From: Octopus bimaculoides | Taxonomy: Eukaryota | Reading direction: 5' to 3' | Length of the DNA: 64,000 nucleotides | Assembly: GCF_001194135.2 (NCBI RefSeq) | Contig: NC_069001.1 | Location: forward strand, 10,013,448 to 10,077,447 | Shown here: positions 53,560-64,000 of the stretch, piece after piece | How the letters are laid out: each line of letters begins with the position of its first letter | Position numbering within the stretch: the first letter of the stretch is position 1 | Notes under the pieces: generated by a model | The model's input: the letters and a program-made list of their open reading frames with translations, nothing else | The model's database searches: none | What the model was told of the DNA's origin: nothing | Position numbers and translations under genes: made by a program

Positions 53560-53822
53560 TGGGGAGTTGGCAGAAACGTTAGCATTCCGGGCAAAATGAT
53601 TAGCGCTATTTCGTCTGTCTTTGCGTTCTGAGTCCAAATTCCATCGATGTCGACTTTGCCTTCATCCTTTCCGGTTCGATAAATTAAGAACCAGTTACGC
53701 ACTGGGGTCGATGTAATCGACTTAATCCTTTGTCTGTCCTTGCTTGTCCCTGCTGTGTGTAGCCCTTTGTGGGCAGTAAAGAAATAAGAAACGTTAGCAT
53801 GCCGGGCAAAATGCTTAGCGCT
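53560..53822 (+). mobile_element. SINE family B (tail type 1) followed by a repeat of its own head
   Basis: Full copy at 53560-53790; the head segment 53572-53607 recurs at 53787-53822. Confidence 0.88.
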
Positions 53823-54064
53823 TTAAAGAAGTTAATAAATACCGTAAAATTTCAACAGTTATATCGCCACGAATAAGAACTGAATCAGAAAGTAATATTA
53901 AACCAAAAGTGTTTCAAGATACGGCCCCGAACAAGGATTGTAGAATCCGCACCAAACTGATATGATAATGAAAATATAGTAAAAACAAATCTCATAATTA
54001 AACAACAACAGCGTAACTGAATGAAGATTCACCACAGCTTAGTCACTGATGACGTAACAGACAA

Positions 54065-54390
54065 ATAAAGGTTTCAAATTTTGGCACAAGGCAAGTGGGT
54101 TAGTCGATTACATTGACCCCCGTCCTCAACTGGTAATTATTTTATCAAGCCCAAAACGACAAAAGGCGAAATCGAAATTGGCTGAATATGAACTCAAAAG
54201 ATAAATAAGGGCGAAATGCTGCTAAGCATTTTGACAGAAGGCCAGTAATTGACCATAGTGCTGCACTGGTATTTACTTTATCGACACCGAAATGATGAAA
54301 GGCAAAGTCAACCTCAGTGGAATTTGAACCCAGACGGACGAAATGCCGTAAATAAATTTGCTCGGTGTGCTGACGATTCTGCAAGTTCCT
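54065..54390 (-). mobile_element. Two tandem SINE family B copies, diverged
   Basis: Two successive blocks: GTCGATTACATTGACCCC..GAATATGAACTC, then CTGGTATTTACTTTATCGAC..GGAATTTGAACCCAG. Confidence 0.78.
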
Positions 54391-54700
54391 TCTTATAACA
54401 TATATTGAGACTGAATCGTTGTGCGTAGATTCTTAATTCTCAAAAAACCTGTTTCTGCACAATTTTGAATGCAAGCTTTACAATGATTTTTTATTTAACA
54501 TCTGGTCAGCCATGAAAAGACAAATCTAACGTATTCCTTACGTGACCTTCGTGTTTTATATTCAACCAAAATGTATCTAAGACTATTTTATAAGGCGTTC
54601 AATAATGTTTTTCTAAGAAGATAATTTTGGCAGCAATGATAGCAGATAGAATTTCTCAAATCGTCAGACGGTTTAAATCTCCGATATCTAAATGTGACAG

Positions 54701-54775
54701 GAAAAGGGTACCCAAGAGTGATGTCCATGATGTGTCCCGGTGGCACTGTGAAGACCTCTGCTGTTCAGCTCCGTT
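54701..54775 (+). CDS. Candidate 75-nt symmetric exon, product unknown
   Basis: GC-richer island between ACAG and GTGAGT, open in two frames. The polypyrimidine tract is weak. Confidence 0.25.
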
Positions 54776-55390
54776 GTGAGTTTCGTACCGTTGAGTATAA
54801 TGCGTCTGATAACGTTTTAAACAAAATATCGTGTGATTGGAGAGGTATCTTGCTGCTATTTCTAATATAATGAAAAATTACGTAGAAGAACTTTTCGGCA
54901 TTAAAATATTAATATATTAATATTTAAATCGTTATTAACAAAATGAATAAGCAAAGACAGAACAATAGAAAAGCGCACTAACACCGAATATAAATAAATA
55001 AATAATTTAATTGCAATTCTATACATTCTGAAAACATAACCGAACAATTCCCATGATTGATTATAGCAATCTGGGGAAGTTGAGGGGGTTGGGGCTGGGA
55101 TAAAGGAAAAATACATTGCAAAGAAATATATTATTAGATTACATATGCCATGAATAGCTATATTTGGATTAAGCAACATCTGTCTTATTACCACTCTGTT
55201 ATTACCACTGTGTTATTAACCACTCCTTAATGCAATATATTAAGAATTGATAAAAACAAAACTGGTTGCACAGAACAAAGAAATAATACATGTAATGAAT
55301 TGCTCTAAGCAAGGGATTAGAATTATTTCCGTGTATATTAATATGGAGTGGGTATTAATAATAGTAATCCTTTCTTTAGTGTTCACAAGG

Positions 55391-55437
<47 letters not shown>

Positions 55438-55635
55438 NNNNNNNNNNNNNNNNNNNNNNNNNNNNNNNNNNNNNNNNNNNNNNNNNNNNNNNNNNNNNNN
55501 NNNNNNNNNNNNNNNNNNNNNNNNNNNNNNNNNNNNNNNNNNNNNNNNNNNNNNNNNNNNNNNNNNNNNNNNNNNNNNNNNNNNNNNNNNNNNNNNNNNN
55601 NNNNNNNNNNNNNNNNNNNNNNNNNNNNNNNNNNN

Positions 55636-56085
55636 TTTTTTTTTTTTTTTTTTTTTTTTTTACTTCTTTTACCTTTTACTAGTCTTAGTGATGCTGAGGC
55701 ACCGCCGTGAAGAATTTTAGTCGAAGGCTACTATCCCGGCAATTGTTTAGTTATTAATTAATTTCTTAAGCCTGGTAATTATTTTATCGGAATCCTTTGC
55801 CGAACTATTAACCTACGGTGACTTAAGCACACCTACACTTGTTGTCGAGCAGTGCAAGGAGACACACACAGACACAAAGACAAACACGCGCACGAGTATA
55901 CACATACATATAGAGGACGGGATTCTTTCAATTCCCGTCTAATAAATCCATTCAGAAAGCTTTGTTCGACCCGAGATTATTATAGAAGACACTTGTCCAA
56001 TATGCCGCGCAGTGGGACTGAACTCAGAACCATGTGGTTGGGAAGCATGCTTCTTACTACAGGGCAACAGCAACGCCTGCACCTA
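55636..56085 (-). mobile_element. SINE family A with poly(A) tail next to a gap
   Basis: Reverse-complement head at ~56020-56085 and a T-run from 55636. Confidence 0.8.
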
Positions 56086-56713
56086 TACATGTATATAATC
56101 TTTGGCTGTTTTAAACACTAGTCAGCTATTTTTGTGTTCGATATAATCTTATTGTCTCTGATCCTCGATCAGCTTAGCATTCTTTTAAACTCCAATTCCT
56201 TTAAAATTCTTATCACTTTCCGGCCTCTTATTCAAATATCCTCGATGTGTGGGCCAAAATCTTCCAAACTCATTCGTCATGTTAATTTAAGTTCATTCAC
56301 TTTTTCAGCTTATTGCTAGCTCTTCCACTTGTTCTCAAATCCTTCTCAGTCCTCTCACAATAATAATTGAATGAGTGGCTGGAAATAATGAAAATTTGAT
56401 TTGATTATCTTCAAACAAATAAATACATGCATAGACATGCTACTCCATGTGTGAGTGTGTGTGCGTTCCTATGTGTGTGTGCGTGTGCGCGTACAGTGGT
56501 AGATTCGAAAATTTCGTTTATTTACGACTTGATTTCTTGATTTCACCGTTCTTGGGTTTCGAAACCAATATTAGTTAAACACTTACAAAGCTTAATTCAG
56601 TTCATTTAAAAAGCAGGGGTAAGCAACGCATTGTAAGCCACACTATAATTTCAGAAAGAATTCATCTGCTTGCAGAGTATGCATCGGTCCTCCGATGCCT
56701 TTTTTCATCATAA

Positions 56714-56748
<35 letters not shown>

Positions 56749-57292
56749 GCTTTACTTCTCAGAGCGCTCGATCTTGTTTGCTCTAATAGTTTCTGTGAGA
56801 GCGGAGAGCAGCCTACTCTCAGAGGTCTCACACGGCCCCTTTACGCACATTATAGCCTTTGGTACCTGTTCCTTTATTACCATGGGACACATTCAAANNN
56901 NNNNNNNNNNNNNNNNNNNNNNNNNNNNNNNNNNNNNNNNNNNNNNNNNNNNNNNNNNNNNNNNNNNNNNNNNNNNNNNNNNNNNNNNNNNNNNNNNNNN
57001 NNNNNNNNNNNNNNNNNNNNNNNNNNNNNNNNNNNNNNNNNNNNNNNNNNNNNNNNNNNNNNNNNNNNNNNNNNNNNNNNNNNNNNNNNNNNNNNNNNNN
57101 NNNNNNNNNNNNNNNNNNNNNNNNNNNNNNNNNNNNNNNNNNNNNNNNNNNNNNNNNNNNNNNNNNNNNNNNNNNNNNNNNNNNNNNNNNNNNNNNNNNN
57201 NNNNNNNNNNNNNNNNNNNNNNNNNNNNNNNNNNNNNNNNNNNNNNNNNNNNNNNNNNNNNNNNNNNNNNNNNNNNNNNNNNNNNNNNNNNN

Positions 57293-57339
<47 letters not shown>

Positions 57340-57394
57340 ACGTATGTGTGTATGTATGCATGTATGTGAGCGTGTATGTGTATGTATGCATGTC

Positions 57395-57560
57395 TTTCCG
57401 TCTGTGTTTTTCTTCCACCACCACGTGGCAACCGATGTTGTGTTTACATCAGCGGAACTCAGCGGTTGGGCCAAGTAAACCTACAGAATAAGTACAAGTC
57501 TTAACAAAATATAGGTATAGGGGACGATTCATTACACCAAATATTCTTCAAGTAGAAAGA
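57395..57560 (+). mobile_element. SINE family A, 3' half fragment
   Basis: GGCAACCGATGTTGTGTTTACATC..AACTCAGCGGTT..AGAATAAGTACAAG. Confidence 0.7.
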
Positions 57561-57564
57561 AGTA

Positions 57565-57650
57565 ATATTCTTTTCTACTCTCGGCACAAGGCCTGAAATT
57601 TTCGGGGAGGGGGACAATTAATTTGATCGACCCCAGTATGTAGTTGGTGG
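57565..57650 (-). mobile_element. SINE family B, tail type 2 fragment
   Basis: TTCTACTCTCGGCACAAGGCCTGAAATTTTCGGGGAGGGG..GATCGACCCCAG. Confidence 0.75.
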
Positions 57651-58574
57651 AGTATCCCTCGCTGAGTAAGCATTACTTCCGAGGTTCTGCAATCTAGGAA
57701 ACATATGTAGCCTGGAAATTACCAGTTCCTTTCTTTGAATTTCGACGTTTATTCGTATACACAGCAATCCCATTTGCTTACCGTGAACTACAAAATAAAT
57801 TATCCCAGGGCATCGAACTTCGATACTGGAAAAATTTACACCCTTCAACGCCAATAAACCACTATTGCCCTCGAAATGTTTTTCTTTTTTTTTTTTTGTA
57901 CCTCTTGCAAACTGCTCGAAGCTTACTATCTTTACTAACTTCCTACACCTGAATACTTACATTTAATATCCTTATATGTGTAACAACATATGTAAAATAT
58001 TCTATCATTTTTTGAAGCGTCGAATGTGTTTCATATCCTACAGACAAGAAACAAATATTTCAATCGCATTATACTCATGAAAACAACAGAAAGATTTGGT
58101 ATTTTACTTTTATAAGGTGGAAAAAGTTGCCAGCAGACAGCTACGGTATTCGAACCCTTGCTCCTNNNNNNNNNNNNNNNNNNNNNNNNNNNNNNNNNNN
58201 NNNNNNNNNNNNNNNNNNNNNNNNNNNNNNNNNNNNNNNNNNNNNNNNNNNNNNNNNNNNNNNNNNNNNNNNNNNNNNNNNNNNNNNNNNNNNNNNNNNN
58301 NNNNNNNNNNNNNNNNNNNNNNNNNNNNNNNNNNNNNNNNNNNNNNNNNNNNNNNNNNNNNNNNNNNNNNNNNNNNNNNNNNNNNNNNNNNNNNNNNNNN
58401 NNNNNNNNNNNNNNNNNNNNNNNNNNNNNNNNNNNNNNNNNNNNNNNNNNNNNNNNNNNNNNNNNNNNNNNNNNNNNNNNNNNNNNNNNNNNNNNNNNNN
58501 NNNNNNNNNNNNNNNNNNNNNNNNNNNNNNNNNNNNNNNNNNNNNNNNNNNNNNNNNNNNNNNNNNNNTATATA

Positions 58575-58612
<38 letters not shown>

Positions 58613-59837
58613 AGTGTGTGTGTGTGTGTGTGTGTGCGTGTGCGCGTGACTGTGCTAACAAATGTCTGTGTAAGAGGGCCACATATTTTCTTTTATCATA
58701 TTCAGAAAAAAAGAACCAACGTCAACTTCGTGAAATGTCTCCAGAGGGAGATAATAGACAGAGCTTGTATGAGTGAATTCTCATTTTGAACTTGTGGAAT
58801 GAAAACTCACTCATTGTTTTCGAAAGAGGCCCTACCAGCTTCATGCATCTATTCAACGATAGGTAAAGGCTTACCACATTGTGCGACATTTAAATTCCTT
58901 TTAAATATTTAATCATCCATACTCGTTAACATTTTGCACGAAATTAGGATTCTGGATAGTCATTCAGGAGAGGAGGTCATATATATATATATATATATAT
59001 ATGCATGCATACTCCTACGCTCACATACGCAAACACACAAAGATATGTGTTTTTATACATACATAAATACATACTTATGTATGCCTGTGTATATAATGAT
59101 ATATATATATATATGTATGTATATATACATATATGTACGTATATACACACGCTAATATATATACACATGTACATACACACATATAGATGAGTAGGTGTAT
59201 ATAGATATATATATATTTATGCATATATATGTATATATAAATATGTGTGTGTGTGTGTGTGTGTGTGTAACGGCATTTGAATTGGTAATGCAATTTAATA
59301 ATCGCGTAATTTCATTATTACTAAATGCGATATGTGTATGTTTTTATAAGTGTACTTAACACGTGTTTCGTAATAAATTATTCATTCTATGCTAAATGAT
59401 ATTTCATAAATCTGTATAGTGTTTACTGAAACATACCTCCTCTTTTTTCCCCCCTCTTTTTTTAAGTCTGTTTTTGTCATGTCGCATTCATAGACATGCG
59501 AACAGAAATAAACACACATCGTAGGCATTAACTTAATATATTATTTTCTAATGAAATATTCGAAGCCATTGAGTAAGTAATTATATATGTATATATGCAT
59601 AAAAGCTTCAATATACCTTTTATGTATAAATATCACATGTCGATGGAATATGCTTATATATTCATCGAAACAGAACAGGTTATGAACTCCTTTGGATAGA
59701 AATTTTGTGGCACCATTTAGTTATCAAAATGATATCATCGTGATCTTCAGATTACGAAATCCCGTGGGATTATATGGTTTGTATATCATCAAATTAATCC
59801 CTATTCTTAAACTTTAGTAATTATTTTGTGCTCAAAG

Positions 59838-59896
59838 TAAACGATCACCACCTAACCTCCAGGTACCTTCACCAGAATCTCTCTGCGAACATTCGG
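59838..59896 (+). CDS. Candidate internal coding exon, product unknown
   Basis: Acceptor TTATTTTGTGCTCAAAG, 59 nt reading KRSPPNLQVPSPESLCEHS, donor CGG|GTGAGT. Confidence 0.35.
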
Positions 59897-61094
59897 GTGA
59901 GTTCTTCATTCTGATGCCCTCACTGGTTTTCACATCTGAAATTTACCCGCACAGCCACTCCAAATATTCTTCCATATTCCAGGGAAATAAAAAGACTCAC
60001 TTATGTTATTGTTCCCCCCCCTCTCTCTCTCTCTTTCTTTCTCGTACTTTTTCTCTCTCTTACTCTTTCTATTTTTCTTTCTTTCTTTCGTTTTTTTTCT
60101 CACTTTCGCTACACATACACACACACACATACATAAATAGACACACACAGAAATATATAGGCGCAGGAGTGGGTGCGTGGATTATATAGATTCCGCGTAG
60201 CAAGTTCTATCAACGTTACAAACCGTAGGTCAAACTGTGATCTCGGTAGAACCCACTTGCGCAAAGTGCAATGCGATTAAAACAAATTCGAAATTACGAC
60301 ATTGTGAACTGAGAACTTTGGCCATGTGACAATGCTTGCACTGAAGTAAGACGAATCACGATCCAACGATTTAGTTACTGAAATGGAGGGATCTTTTTTA
60401 AAAAAAAAAAAAAAAGCAATTGGTTTAATTTTAATGGCTTAATCAGAAAGTGATTGTTCGTGTGATATTTAATATAAGTGAGTTTGTTAGGAAGATAGTG
60501 AAGTCAGATGGAAAATTTGACACGGGTACTTACAACGGAACGGGCTTCCCAAAATTCAGAAATAGGGCAAGAGCAGCTATTGAAATAGCAGTCAAAGTTC
60601 TCTCAAATTACACGCAACGCTTTATAATGTAGTCTTGGTTAGGATACATCTTAAAACATAGTCATTACTGCTGACAGGAATATCTGTGAGATAGGACTTA
60701 GATTAATCCTTAGTGGCCTGGGTTAAATCACAACTAATGCATGAAACAACTTTGATCCAACAGGGTAGGCTGTACTCTCTCCTATCTTTCCCGCGATTAC
60801 TCTTACTCTCTTAAAACAGTACACGTTATATGATATAGATTTAGATACTCTACATAGGAAATCAGAATAGCTACGACTGGAATATTTCTGATATATATCC
60901 GTCTCTTCGATCGGAGTTGATTTGAAGCTAGATATCAATGAAATACTGTCGTTGTTGATAGTTACAACTTTATTATGTTTTCATTATCGATTCATACGAA
61001 GTCAACTTTCCAAAATTACGTGAATAGGTATTAAACATATGTATTCAATAACTGCAATGAAGCAACCTTTTACATTTAATATCAAAGAAGGCAA

Positions 61095-61269
61095 AGGCGA
61101 CAAGCTGGCGGAATCGTTATCGCACCGAGAAAAATGCATGACAACATTTTCTTACTACTTTAGGTTTTAAGCTGAAACGCCACTTAGATTGATTTAGTCT
61201 TTCTTCATTTCAGAGTCGATGGTGGTACTGCCTCAACACGGGTCGATGGGATAGACTTATCGCCCAACC

Positions 61270-61270
<1 letters not shown>
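61095..61270 (+). mobile_element. SINE family B, strongly diverged
   Basis: GGCGACAAGCTGGCGGAATCGTTATCGCACCG..GGGTCGATGGGATAGAC. Confidence 0.6.
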
Positions 61271-61318
<48 letters not shown>

Positions 61319-61880
61319 ATAAGAGTGAAAAAACTACAGAAAGCTTGTGTTACATGNNNNNNNNNNNNNNNNNNNNNNNNNNNNNNNNNNNNNNNNNNNN
61401 NNNNNNNNNNNNNNNNNNNNNNNNNNNNNNNNNNNNNNNNNNNNNNNNNNNNNNNNNNNNNNNNNNNNNNNNNNNNNNNNNNNNNNNNNNNNNNNNNNNN
61501 NNNNNNNNNNNNNNNNNNNNNNNNNNNNNNNNNNNNNNNNNNNNNNNNNNNNNNNNNNNNNNNNNNNNNNNNNNNNNNNNNNNNNNNNNNNNNNNNNNNN
61601 NNNNNNNNNNNNNNNNNNNNNNNNNNNNNNNNNNNNNNNNNNNNNNNNNNNNNNNNNNNNNNNNNNNNNNNNNNNNNNNNNNNNNNNNNNNNNNNNNNNN
61701 NNNNNNNNNNNNNNNNNNNNNNNNNNNNNNNNNNNNNNNNNNNNNNNNNNNNNNNNNNNNNNNNNNNNNNNNNNNNNNNNNNNNNNNNNNNNNNNNNNNN
61801 NNNNNNNNNNNNNNNNNNNNNNNNNNNNNNNNNNNNNNNNNNNNNNNNNNNNNNNNATATATATATATATATATATATAT

Positions 61881-62048
61881 ACGATGGGCTTCTTTCATTT
61901 TCTGTCTACAAAATCCACTTACAAGGCTTTGGTCGAACCGAGATTATAACAGAAGACACTTGCCCAATGTGCAACGCAGTCCGACTGCAGCCGGAACCAT
62001 GTGGTTGGGAAGCAAGCTTCTTACTTCACAGCCATGCCCGCGCCCATA
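61881..62048 (-). mobile_element. SINE family A, 5' half (remainder may lie in the gap)
   Basis: CGATGGGCTTCTTTCA through CACAGCCATGCCCGCGCCCATATA. Confidence 0.85.
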
Positions 62049-63003
62049 TATATATATATCACATAATATAAACATTAATACATACACAAACGTAGGAACA
62101 TATATTAACCATAACAGGGAGAGACAAATGAGAAGAGTCGAAGAGAAACCATCGCTAGGAAATTAAGATGCGTTTGATAAGACAGATGGCAATTTGAATA
62201 GTTCGTTTCAAAAAAGGAAAAATCTGAAATCGTGTTTCCATTGGTTTGGTTGATTAGATAGCAGGAGTCATCACATTAACGCGACAACGGTATTCCCTGC
62301 TTGAACTGTTAAATATATATTTCGAGCAGTAAATAGAAGATGAGTTGAAGAGGGTGAGTAAGGAATTGATGCTGTTAGCTACAATAGGATAGGAGCCAGA
62401 GGAACGAGAGGTTGACAAGATAACCTCGTATTATATATACAAACATACGATCATACAGACACACACATACACACCTACAAACACACATATATGTATATAC
62501 ATAAATATACATGTATATATATATATATATATGCACGTATATATATATATGTATGTATGCATATATATATATATATATATATATAGATGTATGTATGCAT
62601 ATATATATATATATATATATANNNNNNNNNNNNNNNNNNNNNNNNNNNNNNNNNNNNNNNNNNNNNNNNNNNNNNNNNNNNNNNNNNNNNNNNNNNNNNN
62701 NNNNNNNNNNNNNNNNNNNNNNNNNNNNNNNNNNNNNNNNNNNNNNNNNNNNNNNNNNNNNNNNNNNNNNNNNNNNNNNNNNNNNNNNNNNNNNNNNNNN
62801 NNNNNNNNNNNNNNNNNNNNNNNNNNNNNNNNNNNNNNNNNNNNNNNNNNNNNNNNNNNNNNNNNNNNNNNNNNNNNNNNNNNNNNNNNNNNNNNNNNNN
62901 NNNNNNNNNNNNNNNNNNNNNNNNNNNNNNNNNNNNNNNNNNNNNNNNNNNNNNNNNNNNNNNNNNNNNNNNNNNNNNNNNNNNNNNNNNNNNNNNNNNN
63001 NNN

Positions 63004-63038
<35 letters not shown>

Positions 63039-63675
63039 TCATTTATTTATATATATATATGTGAGTGTGTGCGTCTGTATCTATCTATCTCTCTCTATAT
63101 ATATATATAAGTACAAATATACATGCAAACATACAAACACACTCGCGTAGGCGCCCACACATTCAGACGTAGATACACACACACTCCAAGATATATACTT
63201 GTATAAATATATAAACGCCTGTTATTAGCCAGCCTCCAACCCGGCCATGTTTGTAGAAAACAAGACAGATCGCGAAAGACAGAAGCACGCATGCGTGAGT
63301 GTCATGAATTGCGGGAAGAATGGAGATGTTTGAATAACAGCAACAAGCCACACTACGTAGATGAATCGATGATGTGAAATATACTTAAGATGAATGATAC
63401 CTTATTAATTGATTGCTTGAAAGTATTTCTAAGAGTCAAACATTAGAATTCTTTTAAAGATTAAATTGATGGCCAACTGACCAGATGAGAATAGCAGTGT
63501 TTAGGTCGGTGGGTGGATGGTTGGTAGTTTGGCTGGATGGTTGGTTTGGTAGCTGTGATGGTGAACGTAGAGCTGGTTTTCAGTAGAAGGTCAGACATGG
63601 AAGTTCTGTGTTCGTGCATGTATGTACGCTCGTGTGTGTGTTTGTGTTTGCGTGTGGTTTCTGTGCGTATGAGTG

Positions 63676-63718
<43 letters not shown>

Positions 63719-64000
63719 CTAAGTTTCTGTTTTGATTCCGTTGCTGTCCATTGTTGTACTTCCGAAGGGAAATGCTCTTGTCTGAGAATACAACAACGTG
63801 TCGTCAAGATCAAGTGACGTGGGCAGAAGTGAGAAATTTATATCTAATAGATGAATTGATTGAGAATAATATCTTCATCTAGACACTGAGCATTCACTAT
63901 GTTTGGCTCTTTACAATCCATTAAACATGTTCGATAATCAGTGGATTTAATGAAGGATTATAAACTGAGAGCACACCATCAGAGAGAAAGCAGTTCGTGC

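Larger units (their letters stand above)
1210..63003. other. 15 assembly gaps (N-runs)
   Basis: Gaps start at 1210, 6007, 11383, 14558, 18477, 20943, 22394, 25182, 34724, 38394, 55438, 56898, 58166, 61357 and 62622. Most abut (TA)n. Confidence 0.97.

Noticed and set aside
60450-60938. Two short ORFs in unique sequence (60450-60632 + and 60723-60938 -)
   Set aside because: No recognisable domain. The best minus-strand AG/GT pair bounding 60531-60685 has stops in all three frames.
181-63722. Most ORFs in the six-frame track (YI, CV, HT and poly-X peptides)
   Set aside because: They are translations of (TA)n, (TG)n and (CA)n microsatellites or N-gaps, not genes.
1-64000. CRISPR arrays, rRNA, snRNA and well-known conserved miRNAs
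   Set aside because: None was seen in a by-eye scan. Dispersed repeats are irregularly spaced SINEs in both orientations. An Rfam/MirGeneDB search would be needed to exclude lineage-specific ncRNAs.

Overview
This is eukaryotic, AT-rich, repeat-dense DNA with 15 assembly gaps, most sitting inside (TA)n runs. The SINE repertoire and microsatellite load point to a cephalopod, most likely Octopus; this is inferred from recalled repeat families, not a database search. Almost every ORF in the track is a translated microsatellite or N-gap. I can identify no named protein-coding gene, no CRISPR array and no prokaryote-type system. Supported features are: about 30 copies of five tRNA-derived SINE families; a non-autonomous Helitron with canonical ends (18085-19424, minus); decayed mariner and maT/DD37D-like transposase remnants; a decayed non-LTR RT fragment; a foldback MITE; and a diverged tRNA-Asp(GTC). 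The best leads are a minimal type I hammerhead-ribozyme-like motif (38828-38877) and a phase-compatible chain of small plus-strand candidate exons (11564-11648, 54701-54775, 59838-59896) that could belong to an unidentified long-intron gene. Candidate recursive splice sites and closely spaced inverted SINE pairs, which could be ADAR substrates, are secondary leads. All of these leads are hypotheses. SINE and remnant boundaries were estimated by eye.
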